64,000 nt of DNA from a virus: the IMG/VR virus record IMGVR_UViG_3300013132_005564, positions 20,499-84,498 of that record; one strand, given 5' to 3'. Position 1 is the stretch's first letter; the number at the start of each line of letters is the position of its first letter. A model generated the notes under the pieces. The model did no database searches. It worked only from the letters and a program-made list of their open reading frames with translations, and was not told the origin of the DNA. Positions 21,801 through 30,875 of this stretch are shown here, in pieces. The translations under genes were made by a program, and so were the position numbers.

Positions 21801-24800
21801 GGCCGACGAGTTGAGCGAAGAGGGTCGGAGCTTGGCGCGCAGGTACCATCTCGCAAAGGCCGGTTTGAGGGAGAGGAACCGTCTCGATGGCGTGAAGGAC
21901 CATTACGATGTTGACGGCTACGTCGATTCCCTGCTCTACAGGGCCTCAATGGGTGACCCGGAAGCCGAAGCGCTGATTGCTGAGTTGTCGGATCTTGGCG
22001 AGCAAATTCGGGAAGAGGCCAGGGCGCGGAGAATAGCGAAAGACCTAGGGGAGGCATTCGGAGAACAAGCCCAGTCGGAGATAGACAGGTCCAGGGGTGC
22101 CGCGACGCTGAAGGCTCTGACACCCGATAAATTGGCCCTGGTCCACGAGACGAAATACGAACCAAGAGTTCTCCCCGACGGCACCCTGGAGATCCGGCCG
22201 TTGGCCGATTTTCCGACGAACCCGCCTTCCGAAGATCTCGACAACATGGACGGGAAACCGACCTACCCGAACGTAAACTACCCGCGTCACACCGTGCACT
22301 TTGGGGTTGGCGGGTTGGCCAGTGGCCACGTTCAAAGACAGAGCCCCAAGGACATTGACCCGAACCAACGGGTGTGGGTGGTGGTGACCAATTTCAGTGA
22401 GGCCATGGATGCGAATCCCGGTTCCGTCGAAACGATGCTTCTGGAAGACACGAGTCTCACCCCGAGAGCCGGGGAGGGACTGAGATTTCCCCCGGGGACC
22501 TTCAGGATCGTGGAACTCACGGGGGACAAGAAGGCGGATGCCGCCACGATAGACGGGGCGATTCTGGAGGTCGGCGGAACCCCACTCCCGGAAACCATGG
22601 ACTATTCAACGTACGGCGGCCCGGCCAGGTCCCGGAGGATATCTCAAATGGCCGCCGAGTTGGGTTTCCCCGCCGAGCTGGATTCCACGCATCCGAGCTC
22701 CCTAGGCCATCGGGGCTCAATGGTTATGGGCAATTTCACCTCTCGGGCCAATGCTTACGCAACGGAATTGCCGATCGACGAAGAATCGCTCTCGATGCTC
22801 AGCGACAACAGTCTCGAGCGAATGAGCACCTCCACGCACACGTACGGCGGCGGGGTCGTTCGCTACGTGAATGATGGGGACAGGTCCATCGAACTTTTCC
22901 CGCCGGACCTACAGGAGCGAATCGACCAGGGGCTCATCAGCCCGCGCGACGCACAAAGAGAACTAATTGGCAGAGTCGAAGCCCGCAAGGCGGCACGCGC
23001 TCAATCCGCCGACGGGGCGAGCGCCGGCATGGCGAGGGGGGCGAGCGAGGAGATCTTCCTGCGACCCGACGGAACCTTCGACGTCGGCCCGGACACGGGT
23101 GGTCGCTCCGCCCTGCGACCGAGTCTCATCGACGACGAAGTCGCGGAACAGGCCATGGTCCAGGCGAGGCGGGAGGTGGTCAGCGAGGTTCTCGACAACC
23201 CGTTCGCTACCGACGGAGACTTCGGGCGCGCCTCACAGGCGATCGATCTGATGGAGGATGCGATCGGCGCGGACGCGGCCGAGCGGCTCAGGAACAGACT
23301 CGCGAGGGCTCAGGCGAGGCGAGACAGAAACATTCCCCAAATGTTGCCGGAAAAGAAACCGTACATGATCAGGCCCCCGCAACTTGGCGACGACTCGTTC
23401 GGGAATCGCGGCCGCAACGACGAAGTGGCGCGCGCCATGTCGCGCCCCGACGACCCGAGGAATCCGCCTCGCGCAGCCACGGCGAGATTGGCGCGCATGG
23501 ACACCACCAACTCGTCAGTCGCGAGGGACATAACTTACGATCCGCAAAACGGAGACCTCACGGTCACCTACAACGACGACAGGGTCGTCACGTTCGCGGA
23601 CGTGCCGTACGAGCGCGTGCGCAGGGCGGGTTTCGACGACCTGCCGGACGACCTGATCAGCGAACTGGAGAACGAACAGAACCAGATGCGCACCAGGCCA
23701 ATCGGCAGGATGTCCGACGGCAACCGGGCCCGCAGGAACGTCTCGGGCCCGAGACGATTGCTCTCCGAGGGGAACTTCCGATCCAACGAACGACGGCAAC
23801 CGCCCGGCGCTGAGCAGTTTGACGACGGACCGTCGGCCGGCATGGGCCGAACGTACGAAACCCTGGTCGGCACGCACGCGAACGTCGTCTCCAGAAAACG
23901 AGACGAGATAGCGAGGGCTCAACAAACGCTCGTCGGGATACGCACCCGCAGGAACGGGGGTTTGGTGACCAGGGAGGAGGCCGTGGCGGTCGCCGCCGCG
24001 TTCGAGGACCTGTTCTCCGGGGACATGAGGGTGCAGAACAATTTTGAGGGGAGGCTGAGAACGGAGTTGCTCAGCAACGGTCGCACCATGGTCAGGTTGG
24101 ATGCGCAAGTGAACTGGGACGAGATGGTCCAGGTCCAGGACCTGACGAGCATCCCCATAACCATGCAGATAAAGTCCGCCGACGGCAAAACGATTTACGG
24201 GTACGCCTCGAGGAGGCTGGAGATAGGCGAGGACGGAATCGAGGTCCATCACGGTTCCCTCACCATCACGCCGGAGTTCCGCGGCATGGGGATAGCCAGC
24301 GAGTTCAACGCAAGGAACGAGAACATCTACAAAGCCCTCGGGGTCAGGAGCATAACGACCAGCGGATCCTCCTCCTCGGTTACGAGCACAAACAACCCGT
24401 TCGAGCACCAGGTGATCGGAACCGGCGCAACCCACTGGGCCCGCAACGGGTTCACCTGGAGGTATGATTACGCGAAACAAAAATTCATCGGAATCATAGA
24501 CTCGGCATTGTCGGAGAAGCCGGGAATCTTCTCGGACGAGGAGAGGCAGAGGATATCCTCCCTGTACAAGAGGGGCCGATCCGGGGAGTTTCAGACGTCG
24601 GCGACCGCGGAAGAGCTGGTTGATTTTGAGGCCGCCGACAGATTGTTCGCCGAGGAAGGCGTGATCATCGAGTACAGGAGGGACCTGGCGCCCGCCGAGA
24701 TTGCTGCTCCGAAACCTTCGAGACTCACCAGGATCGCCGACAGGCTCGGCCGGCGCTCCCGAAACCGGCGCGACGAAACGGACGGTTCGTCGTTCGGGCC

Positions 24801-27177
24801 GGCTCCCTGGGACCCGGATGCCGAGCTGGAGGAGGCGCTTGATGACAGGCGGGCCCGCCAAATCGCGGAGTCGCTGGCGGCGCTCGAGCGCCCGGATTGG
24901 ATCAGGGATTGGGACCCGGAAGCCGAAGCGGCGGAGACGAGGAGGGCTAGGTCGGCGGCGGAGGGACCGAACGCCGCCATGAGGGGGAGACGAGGCGGCG
25001 ACGCTGAAGCAGGGATGAGTGGTCTTGGCTTGCCCGAGGGCGAGGCGTTGGGGGCTGCGATGGACGAATTGAAGGATCTTAAGGTCACCCCGGAAATGAT
25101 CGAGGAATCACGCAAACGGAGGAGAAAACGCAGCAGAGAAGCGCTCCTCGCCGATCCAGAACGCAGAGAAACACTGAAGCGCGTTCTTGGTGGTCGCGAT
25201 CCTCTCAATCTCGACACCGATCAGATCGATGCTCCTAGACCGATTCTCAGAAGAACGAGGCGTGGAACGGAGGGAAGACTGAGGGGGGATCTAGGATACG
25301 AAGAATTGCCAGACTACGACCCCTTCAAGGAGCCGAATGGACGGTGGACCTTTGAATCGGACGGTAAGACGTGGCAGTGGAACGGCTCCGAATGGATAGA
25401 TATGACAAACCCACAAACGGAGACTTCTTCAAGGCTTCGCGGCACGGGAACCAGAAGATCGGGCGGCGACGCTGAAGCAGGGATGGGTGGTGGGGGCACC
25501 GACAAACCGGTGGTCCGCACCGACGGGGAGGGAAGACCGCTCACTAGCGCTGCTTCCCCGCAACGGAGCGGAACGGCGACGGAAAACTACGAGGCGAACG
25601 TTCGGGGGATAGAGGACGACTCCCGATTAGTCCAATCGGAAATTGACGCCTTGGAGGCTGCGATAGCCCAGGCCGAGGCCACGGGGGAATGGAGGGGAGC
25701 CGACTTCGGCGTCACTTTCCGGGACGTGGAACCGGAGGCGATGCCCACCCAGGCATACCTGACCAGGACTGCGGGCGGAACGAAGAATCCAAGAAACCTG
25801 AGCGCCGAAGAAACGAAACAAAACGACGCAATATCCAGGGCAAAAACGCGACTGGCGACGGCCAAAAAAGAGCAAGAGAGACTCGCTCGCGTGGCGACGG
25901 ACAAACGAACGCGCAGGGAACAGAACGTTCTCGACCTAGAGGACATCCCGGCGGAAGAGCTAGAACAACTCGTGGCCGAGGCGGAGGACATCAAGCGAGC
26001 CGTCGCGCAAAGAAACGAAGCTAGGGACAAACTCAGAAGCGACCCGAGATTCGCCGATTTGGACTGGGACCAACGAAACGTCGCCATAGACGCCGAATTG
26101 GACCGAATGGGAATGCCCGACCCGCTATCCCCCGGGGCAGGAGAACGAGCGGCCATGCACGTGGGCACCGACACGCTCGAGAACGGCGTCTTGGACCCGG
26201 GTTTTACGGCCGGCGACGAAACGATGGCCGACGGGGGCGGCAACACCGGCTTGCTGAATCAAAACCAGATTCGCAACGTCCAACGACAAAGAGAAGAAAC
26301 GGCGGGAAAACTCAAAGCGGCGGAACGCATAGTTGAGGAACTCAAATCCGGCACCACGACGATAACCCCACGAGACAAGACCGAAGCCGATTTGCTCAAC
26401 GGACTGACCAGTTCAACTAAATTTTCCGCCGGTCAATCTATGGATCTCGCCACGGCCAACCCGCGCGTCGATGCGGCGACCTTGTCGGGCAGAATCGCCG
26501 AGTTGCTGCGGGCCTCAATCGAAAGAGATGGCGCGTCATTGGCTAGACAGGATGCGATTCTGAAAAGGATCAGCGAAAGTCCCAAGTTCGGATACGTCAG
26601 CGCCTATCCGCTAAGACCGGAAGGAACGGTGACGGAAGGATACTTCGGTAGAAACTCGGGCAAGAAGGTTCCGGGGAACATCGGAACCTTCCTCACGGAA
26701 GTCGAGCGAAACGATCGCTTCCAGAGGACGCCCGACGGTTTCGTCAACGTGAAGGATAGACCCATGCTGTATCGCTGGCAGAACACGATAAGGGGAACCC
26801 AGTGGCTGGTGGTCGGAGGCGACGACACCGTCGTACGCGGATTCGGCAATAGCCCGGGTGACGAAGCCCAGATCCTCGGAATCAACAAACCCGTTTTCGG
26901 TTTCTCCTTTGGCAAGGCGTCGGCCGCCAACTACAGAACCGTGCTCAGCGACATAGGCATGGCCCTAGCCGCAAGAGCGGTATCGCTAAGGAGAAGCGGC
27001 GAAGAGGTCACCCCTGAATCCGTGATGCAGGCGCGCAGGAAAGTGGAGTCGTCAAGGATAATCATGCTGGCGAGAGGCGGAGCAACGATCGATGAGATAG
27101 CCCAAAAAACCGGACGAAGCTATCAATTCGTGAGCGAGTTGCTCAGGCTCGCCGGAGTCGAGGGCGGGCCCGCATGA
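15883..27177 (+). CDS. Giant polyprotein-like protein: HExxH zincin, Pro-rich linker, KTSC, GNAT, possible ART-like domains, C-terminal HTH
   Basis: ORF 15832-27177; ATG 15883 follows TAGGA. HEFNH (17980) with YAG...EFVAE; KTSC-like SSVARDITYDPQNGDLTVTYND..VTFADVP; GNAT-like LTITPEFRGMGIAS...GATHWARNGF. Linkers at 16900, 20446, 20968, 21559, 23023, 23836, 24973, 25009, 25477. Confidence 0.85.
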   Translation: MSPISSSFPLNARLVAKHDRRSLYALKDGRLAFVDHATNRVFFDGGRDAGGRTYGSGHNAAWADSRIDSITRAGGSSAFFSFKAAKFGQTAMPVGEPVDEEPMEDTPFNRARRFIPKEFLEWSANYKPGDALPVMPPGYDKADHLDKHPANTDNYAQAGFSVDDVVVASLRAMGMPEVNPELAFMPEPGETETKGLPPLEVKGILGREIRDMARNIADSILTARGLWKDSLNKIRCGSGPNANRFTDIFGTGCDVPGSGVAGNVVGAVRGAVDLPGPADEIFGRVEGTREKLADVVEGSDLAATRGSLRSLLDRASTRARGGDTPHIIGDNPMDDHDPMAGMDRTGARYSDRTKGGGIRALVSRNIRKMRTKREEKRYDDAAQNYAKWQSSDDYRSWVAGLGREPTAPEKLDRFAQWSGLNPSRVARNPDGSPVMIDTGRVDAAGNPIMALKMEGDSSPHSFMGINDIAAGTGGKTMFEALVEQALDPVHGGGRLGMSDREKAKMKKQVEERLEEVVAQMIHAATSKGGPLMIEQVQPDGTVRRVPNPDPEVRARAVTAMPGYLRLKGVEFAGGDLANAVMVTSVNGFVQDPRDFAGGERVPLLDEFGIPRVDSAGMPMYRPLNLSGDLSAQQRGFAMQTGVYPEWLISGDSTPFHFQISIDPHFLTSERYRGEVAREFGAHHLGMEPSSKAFLAHTLDHEFNHVDDFAHRLSQRLGYTSESEFRMRLLDQWDPISQAYMSVRAGNEFVEVPGGIRPTSVRAGTIDLRADAKPGTFLRSQIDELDRILNHPDTTTVTTAVKQQALWMFYMNNLRFDEGIASAYARFSMDQGMNKKTVAERLETIRENLAARGYSEETGVPRMKFWDDMLDTPTGVWNPSTGRFDFSAGPFPANLSGMSPRGQARLDNAASNLIYGYIGGTYAGTHDFEFVAELRTQLNRPGALKDIREMLADTERNPYGVTEEEFFTTLAKFVGQEEVYRLHGRSDLARRFEDVYPTPPPGGGAGGGGSPPTPPRPPGGGLGPGVPSSPRPPRADDPDVPSDAPPAPDGGWLRGSATRTTAPDGGRLRGSATRPPASSPDEPGDPGEPPASPRLRGTATRPTIPMRPSDEDSEAPGDAPEPGAPSRVRGTGVRRPTRPKTDDDRVETTDDDLIEPTIRPETDADRVSPERRRADTARERRRREVMGDDDGDDTPTSVSDLLDEGRMWVGDTRDEKLGRRNTFVVEPARKWYGDDEETFRAIVGPDDLGERQTKLDLERRRDVLRELLADVPAGTRDEEWNQKERMLDLALGEIYAQENTLGLPGPERISYEDAVRKRNAPANEMAERRELFTAEEFDQLAETAVQRIEKGRRGSDLDLTSRETIREIRSGAKKRQWAMRRHAQSKDPQERRGMDILRAAQELTLMNDLGDVDDRLMDEGLKDLSELAELNGTPLYNVGGRSFTLESLLPDWKRDGTGSADLTDAASRLAALNEKGLVFGVFTEEDADDLLTLRGAKPDAPSFSVRDEAELPRQRIGGDGADAGMAGGDRSSRWSVGVGKSRDDAQRRTDDLVDYLAEGDGAYQTPEWSRSQAQAARNQAYKQRQRRDNLIRNLEGIRNGTINLPANRRERSIEDLQIQLADAEAKILQHETAARLLDQHAANIDDRVRVDSLRTQVDSDLGLDNLNPVSSRTFGDVDGILGIDDGMLMDGTFDASAGMASGNRSSSLGRIARGSLRDRAMAKLLDKVLDRTGADEDTRDKVKIGVGLATAFSAGGPAGAATYVAVEAARRGGRDLAEFTIGELLKRGKIDDEQARKAMAAVDRIAPDGLPDDAKRRLGRAFSEAADLFNERINTPENRRRLAEMGENVVDSARQRARDLGGRVRRRRDSDSPFDADPDGLIYEGPRFDDGPNAGMALYRQQNVVTTTNDPPTSMNPGTITRDGGFQANTFDFATYEFDGPDGTERIIFEDPNLVNMDDPSIRVIPRNPYVITGADELSEEGRSLARRYHLAKAGLRERNRLDGVKDHYDVDGYVDSLLYRASMGDPEAEALIAELSDLGEQIREEARARRIAKDLGEAFGEQAQSEIDRSRGAATLKALTPDKLALVHETKYEPRVLPDGTLEIRPLADFPTNPPSEDLDNMDGKPTYPNVNYPRHTVHFGVGGLASGHVQRQSPKDIDPNQRVWVVVTNFSEAMDANPGSVETMLLEDTSLTPRAGEGLRFPPGTFRIVELTGDKKADAATIDGAILEVGGTPLPETMDYSTYGGPARSRRISQMAAELGFPAELDSTHPSSLGHRGSMVMGNFTSRANAYATELPIDEESLSMLSDNSLERMSTSTHTYGGGVVRYVNDGDRSIELFPPDLQERIDQGLISPRDAQRELIGRVEARKAARAQSADGASAGMARGASEEIFLRPDGTFDVGPDTGGRSALRPSLIDDEVAEQAMVQARREVVSEVLDNPFATDGDFGRASQAIDLMEDAIGADAAERLRNRLARAQARRDRNIPQMLPEKKPYMIRPPQLGDDSFGNRGRNDEVARAMSRPDDPRNPPRAATARLARMDTTNSSVARDITYDPQNGDLTVTYNDDRVVTFADVPYERVRRAGFDDLPDDLISELENEQNQMRTRPIGRMSDGNRARRNVSGPRRLLSEGNFRSNERRQPPGAEQFDDGPSAGMGRTYETLVGTHANVVSRKRDEIARAQQTLVGIRTRRNGGLVTREEAVAVAAAFEDLFSGDMRVQNNFEGRLRTELLSNGRTMVRLDAQVNWDEMVQVQDLTSIPITMQIKSADGKTIYGYASRRLEIGEDGIEVHHGSLTITPEFRGMGIASEFNARNENIYKALGVRSITTSGSSSSVTSTNNPFEHQVIGTGATHWARNGFTWRYDYAKQKFIGIIDSALSEKPGIFSDEERQRISSLYKRGRSGEFQTSATAEELVDFEAADRLFAEEGVIIEYRRDLAPAEIAAPKPSRLTRIADRLGRRSRNRRDETDGSSFGPAPWDPDAELEEALDDRRARQIAESLAALERPDWIRDWDPEAEAAETRRARSAAEGPNAAMRGRRGGDAEAGMSGLGLPEGEALGAAMDELKDLKVTPEMIEESRKRRRKRSREALLADPERRETLKRVLGGRDPLNLDTDQIDAPRPILRRTRRGTEGRLRGDLGYEELPDYDPFKEPNGRWTFESDGKTWQWNGSEWIDMTNPQTETSSRLRGTGTRRSGGDAEAGMGGGGTDKPVVRTDGEGRPLTSAASPQRSGTATENYEANVRGIEDDSRLVQSEIDALEAAIAQAEATGEWRGADFGVTFRDVEPEAMPTQAYLTRTAGGTKNPRNLSAEETKQNDAISRAKTRLATAKKEQERLARVATDKRTRREQNVLDLEDIPAEELEQLVAEAEDIKRAVAQRNEARDKLRSDPRFADLDWDQRNVAIDAELDRMGMPDPLSPGAGERAAMHVGTDTLENGVLDPGFTAGDETMADGGGNTGLLNQNQIRNVQRQREETAGKLKAAERIVEELKSGTTTITPRDKTEADLLNGLTSSTKFSAGQSMDLATANPRVDAATLSGRIAELLRASIERDGASLARQDAILKRISESPKFGYVSAYPLRPEGTVTEGYFGRNSGKKVPGNIGTFLTEVERNDRFQRTPDGFVNVKDRPMLYRWQNTIRGTQWLVVGGDDTVVRGFGNSPGDEAQILGINKPVFGFSFGKASAANYRTVLSDIGMALAARAVSLRRSGEEVTPESVMQARRKVESSRIIMLARGGATIDEIAQKTGRSYQFVSELLRLAGVEGGPA
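24994..25485 (+). repeat. Perfect 24-nt direct repeat (ggcggcgacgctgaagcagggatg) flanking a coding module; repeat period 468 nt
   Basis: Identical copies at 24994-25017 and 25462-25485, both encoding GGDAEAGM. Confidence 0.9.
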
Positions 27178-29927
27178 CTCGCAGAAGGATAGGTTCCAAG
27201 CGCACGAGCCGAGACTCATTCGTCGACGACAAGACCGACGCTGCCCTTTTTTCGGTATCGGAGCTCGCCGAAACCGTGAGGACGAAGGTCATGCGACCGA
27301 TCGGCGCCGGTCCGCTTCCGCCACCCCATCTGGTGAGAAACGCGGACTCCGACCCGTTCATATACGAGGGAATACCGTGGATCAATAGAGGACGAGGCAT
27401 CATCGATCCGACCCCGGGCAACTTGCAACCACTCAACAGAAGGCTGAGGAGGGAGGCGCGCGCAAGCATGGGCTCGCCGAGCAGGAGCAGCACCTTCCGC
27501 ACCAACGCCAGAATCACCTACGGCGATTCGGACTCTCCGCTCGCCGCGATGTCGTGGGGCGAGATATCCACCCGTCAGGGGAACATAATAAACGCCGAGG
27601 ACTCGCGTCAAGCCGTCAAGAAGGCCGAGACCAGGGTGGACGCGGTTCTGGGCAACAGGCCGGCGACCATGGCCGAAGCCGTGAGGAATCTCAAGCGTCT
27701 CGAGACGATAACGAACGGTGGGGCGCCGAACGGTCGAAACTTCCTGCTGGATCTCCCCTACTTCGAGGCTCAGATGCAACCGGAACTGACGACGCTCAGC
27801 CCGCGTTTCGCGGGTGACGCCACGCAGATGTCGCCGTACGACTACGGCATCTACTACGCCCTCGCGGGGAACATGATCGATTTTCCGGAGGCCTTCGAGA
27901 ACGTCCATCTGGTGATGGCGACGGACAACAACCCCGACATCAAGGGCGATGACGACGGGGTCGGAGGAAGCGCCATGGTTTTCCCGATCTACACGGCGCT
28001 AAAGCCCCAGGCGCTTGAAGACAGGAGAGTCGGGGACATGGATGCCAGGTCCTCCCTAGGCGTAAAGGACATGTCCAAAATCGGCGTCGCTTTCTTCGGC
28101 AACGACGCAACCGCCTCGGGCGGGAGAATACCCGCGGTCATCCTGATGCCGATAAACAGGTCGCCAGAGCAGCAGAAGGCGACGTTCACTCCGACTGGTT
28201 TGATCGCGGCGTTCGGCACCTTCTTGTCGCAGGCGCTCGGTGTGCAGGCGCAAGCCCCCGAGATTCCTCTACCCACTCCGGAGGACACGGTGGACAGGTA
28301 CCTGGACATGCTCAGGGACTGGACGAGGATATTCAAGAAAACCGGGTCGGTGCCGAGGTTCCTGATGGACGGAGTCGCCTCGAACGTGATCATGGGATAC
28401 CTGCTGGAGGCCGAACAGCTGGAGGAGAGGATCTCCCAACTGAAGCAGGTGACGGGAGAAGGGGACTCGCAGGTGCGCCTGCAAATGGTCAGGGACCTGG
28501 AGGACCGGCTCGACAAGATAAACGACGAGGCGAGGCAGGCCTACGCCTACGCCGTTGCGCTCCACGAGGTTGGCCACGTCCTCGACTACGTCGGTTCCTA
28601 CAAATCCTCGTCCGCGTACGCAAACGCGACGAGGGCGGCGTCGTTCGGATTGAACTCAAGCATAGAATCCACGAGGGACATCGTCGCCCTGCGAGCCTTC
28701 AGCGCGGGGGTGGTCCACCCGGCGACGCGGGACATGACGCAGGCGATGTCCAGAAAGTTCATGAAGGACACGCTCACCGGGGTCCTGAGGAACGAGGACG
28801 TGCGCAACCGCATTCCGGAGATGATTGACGACATCCAGAAAATCGTGGACTCCCTGAACGCCAACCACCAATCGATCACCCAGCTCGTACCAGGCGGCGC
28901 GACGCAAGACGTGAATGCGTGGGCGGAGGACCTGCTCAACCGTGACACGGCGACGATAGGCACCTCCACCGCCCAGGAGATAGTCCGGCCCATCATCAGC
29001 GGCGGATGGGTTCCCAATGCCCTCATTGCCAACCCGAGCCGCCTCGAGTCGCTGGCGGACTCGTCCATGGACGAAATCAAGGCGCTGGGTGCCGAGAGCG
29101 AGCTCCTGAAAGTGAAACCCCTCGGAATCACCGCGTACGACCTATACAAGTCAAACGTGGAACGAATAATCAAGCCGCTGGAGGAAAAAATAGCCAGACT
29201 ACCGAGCCCTGTCGGCAGGAGCTTGGCCAAGGCCGTGGTCTCGGCGGTCGTCCACGAGGCGTACGTCAAGATGCTGCAGGGTGCGATGGAGAGCCTCGCC
29301 GAGACGCATCGGGATGCGGAGGCGAACGCCCAGTCGTACTCGTACCTGCGCTCCTGGATCAACCAGCAGACGATTGACATGGCGAATTTCCCCTTCGGCG
29401 GGCAGCGCAAGCTGATAACCGACATGTCAGCGTCCAACCCCGCCGCGGTCAGCGAGTTCATGACGCTGTACGGCACGACCCAGGGCAAGCCGTGGTTCGA
29501 CGACCAGGGCAATTTCAGCGACACCAAGTACCTTCAGTACATATTCTCCAACCTGACCCAACCGAAGGGCGTTGACATAATGACCGCCATGAAAATGGTG
29601 AATTCGTGGTTCACCGAGAGCGAGACGAACGGTTGGAAAGGCCTGCCCGACGATCTGATTCAGCTGGTGCGAGAGGCGGTTCCGCACATCACCGAATACG
29701 CGGGACCAGCCGACTACAACCATGTTGTCCCCCTGCCCGTCGGGGAGTTCGCCAGCAACAAGGAGACCTACGCCGAGCTACACCCGATAATGCTCATGAA
29801 ACTCGAGAATCTGATGCGCCTGCTCTCGGAGCAGGAGCGCGAGGCGGTCGAGAAGCTCCACCAAGCGATGATAGACGCCGCCAGAGGACTGATAAAATCT
29901 CAGTACAGACCTGGAGGCAGGCCGTGA
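27174..29927 (+). CDS. Large protein with shared leader and HExxH zincin-like metallopeptidase motifs
   Basis: ATGA overlap. Leader PPPHLVRNADSDPFIYEGIPWINRGRGIIDPTPG; AAM linker at 27543; LHEVGHVLD (~28563) and distal EYAG...ETYAE. Confidence 0.8.
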   Translation: MTRRRIGSKRTSRDSFVDDKTDAALFSVSELAETVRTKVMRPIGAGPLPPPHLVRNADSDPFIYEGIPWINRGRGIIDPTPGNLQPLNRRLRREARASMGSPSRSSTFRTNARITYGDSDSPLAAMSWGEISTRQGNIINAEDSRQAVKKAETRVDAVLGNRPATMAEAVRNLKRLETITNGGAPNGRNFLLDLPYFEAQMQPELTTLSPRFAGDATQMSPYDYGIYYALAGNMIDFPEAFENVHLVMATDNNPDIKGDDDGVGGSAMVFPIYTALKPQALEDRRVGDMDARSSLGVKDMSKIGVAFFGNDATASGGRIPAVILMPINRSPEQQKATFTPTGLIAAFGTFLSQALGVQAQAPEIPLPTPEDTVDRYLDMLRDWTRIFKKTGSVPRFLMDGVASNVIMGYLLEAEQLEERISQLKQVTGEGDSQVRLQMVRDLEDRLDKINDEARQAYAYAVALHEVGHVLDYVGSYKSSSAYANATRAASFGLNSSIESTRDIVALRAFSAGVVHPATRDMTQAMSRKFMKDTLTGVLRNEDVRNRIPEMIDDIQKIVDSLNANHQSITQLVPGGATQDVNAWAEDLLNRDTATIGTSTAQEIVRPIISGGWVPNALIANPSRLESLADSSMDEIKALGAESELLKVKPLGITAYDLYKSNVERIIKPLEEKIARLPSPVGRSLAKAVVSAVVHEAYVKMLQGAMESLAETHRDAEANAQSYSYLRSWINQQTIDMANFPFGGQRKLITDMSASNPAAVSEFMTLYGTTQGKPWFDDQGNFSDTKYLQYIFSNLTQPKGVDIMTAMKMVNSWFTESETNGWKGLPDDLIQLVREAVPHITEYAGPADYNHVVPLPVGEFASNKETYAELHPIMLMKLENLMRLLSEQEREAVEKLHQAMIDAARGLIKSQYRPGGRP

Positions 29928-30310
29928 ATGACGAAAATTTGTTAGCAATAACCACCGAGGTCGGCCACATGACGGCAGACCAGAAACGACAGATGCTGGG
30001 CCTGGACGGCGCTACGGCGGAGCAGATCGTCAAGCCGGCGGGCGAGGAGGACGTTTTCTACGTGACCGAGTCCAACCCCGGGGCGAAAAACATGGTCAGG
30101 TCAATGCGGGAGGGCATGGTCAGGGCTGGTCGCACCCCGGAGCAGAGAATGGCCATCATGTCCGCCGTCATTCCGTCAATAGCGAAGGCCCACGCCTCGC
30201 CGAGCAAGCCGATCGACACATACTCAACCGACGAGTTGGCAGAGGAGTCGGGAATGAAGATAAGGCAAATCCAGCAAAAACTCGCGGAGATGATCAAACG
30301 TGCAAAGTAA
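29924..30310 (+). CDS. Hypothetical protein coupled to the upstream gene (immunity-like position)
   Basis: GTGA overlap at 29924 with GGAGG upstream; in frame with track ORF 29606-30310. Confidence 0.65.
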   Translation: MNDENLLAITTEVGHMTADQKRQMLGLDGATAEQIVKPAGEEDVFYVTESNPGAKNMVRSMREGMVRAGRTPEQRMAIMSAVIPSIAKAHASPSKPIDTYSTDELAEESGMKIRQIQQKLAEMIKRAK

Positions 30311-30875
30311 CCAAACTCACAACAAGGCCGACCCGCTCGGCGGGATAGTTCCACAGGAGCTCGTCACCGGGGACATCATGCGCGGGTACGGTCCGCGGCG
30401 AGGAAACCTGGAGCGCTTGCTTCGCTACTGGCGTCCGATAATGAAAAAGCCGGGCGGGTTCCGCAGGTGCAGGGTCATCCTCGCGGATCATCCGGAGCTT
30501 TACCCCCTGAACAACATATGCGCATGGCTGCACCACGAGACGACCGGACTGTGGCCCAACGAGGGCTGCCACCACCCCGGCATGAAAAACTGCAGGAGGA
30601 AGATGCGCGGCGTCGTGAACGGCTCGCTTTGGAGCGATGCCGATTTTGACGACCGCATCAGGAAGCTGACCAGCAGGGCGGCGAAGAAGAAGGACCTCAG
30701 GTCAAGCGGAGGCATAGACGCAGCGCCCCCGTACGAACCGTTCGTGCCCGTCATCACCGACGACGACTGGGACCACGCCTGGAAGGTAATGGACGACTTC
30801 GTGAAGATGGAGACCAAGTTCGTCGCATTCGTTTGCGACGACAACAACTGGGAGATGTTTGATTCGGATGTCTGA
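30300..30875 (+). CDS. Phage head-associated protein (L.RYW...PGGF.RC...C..LH..TG.WP motif)
   Basis: Motif GNLERLLRYWRP...PGGFRRC...ICAWLHHETTGLWP resembles a small domain I recall from actinophage head-morphogenesis regions; exact start uncertain. Confidence 0.6.
   Translation: MQSNQTHNKADPLGGIVPQELVTGDIMRGYGPRRGNLERLLRYWRPIMKKPGGFRRCRVILADHPELYPLNNICAWLHHETTGLWPNEGCHHPGMKNCRRKMRGVVNGSLWSDADFDDRIRKLTSRAAKKKDLRSSGGIDAAPPYEPFVPVITDDDWDHAWKVMDDFVKMETKFVAFVCDDNNWEMFDSDV

Noticed and set aside
24994-25485. Integron attC or IS-type element
   Set aside because: No inverted repeats, GTTRRRY cores, integrase or transposase visible; the repeat is direct and coding.
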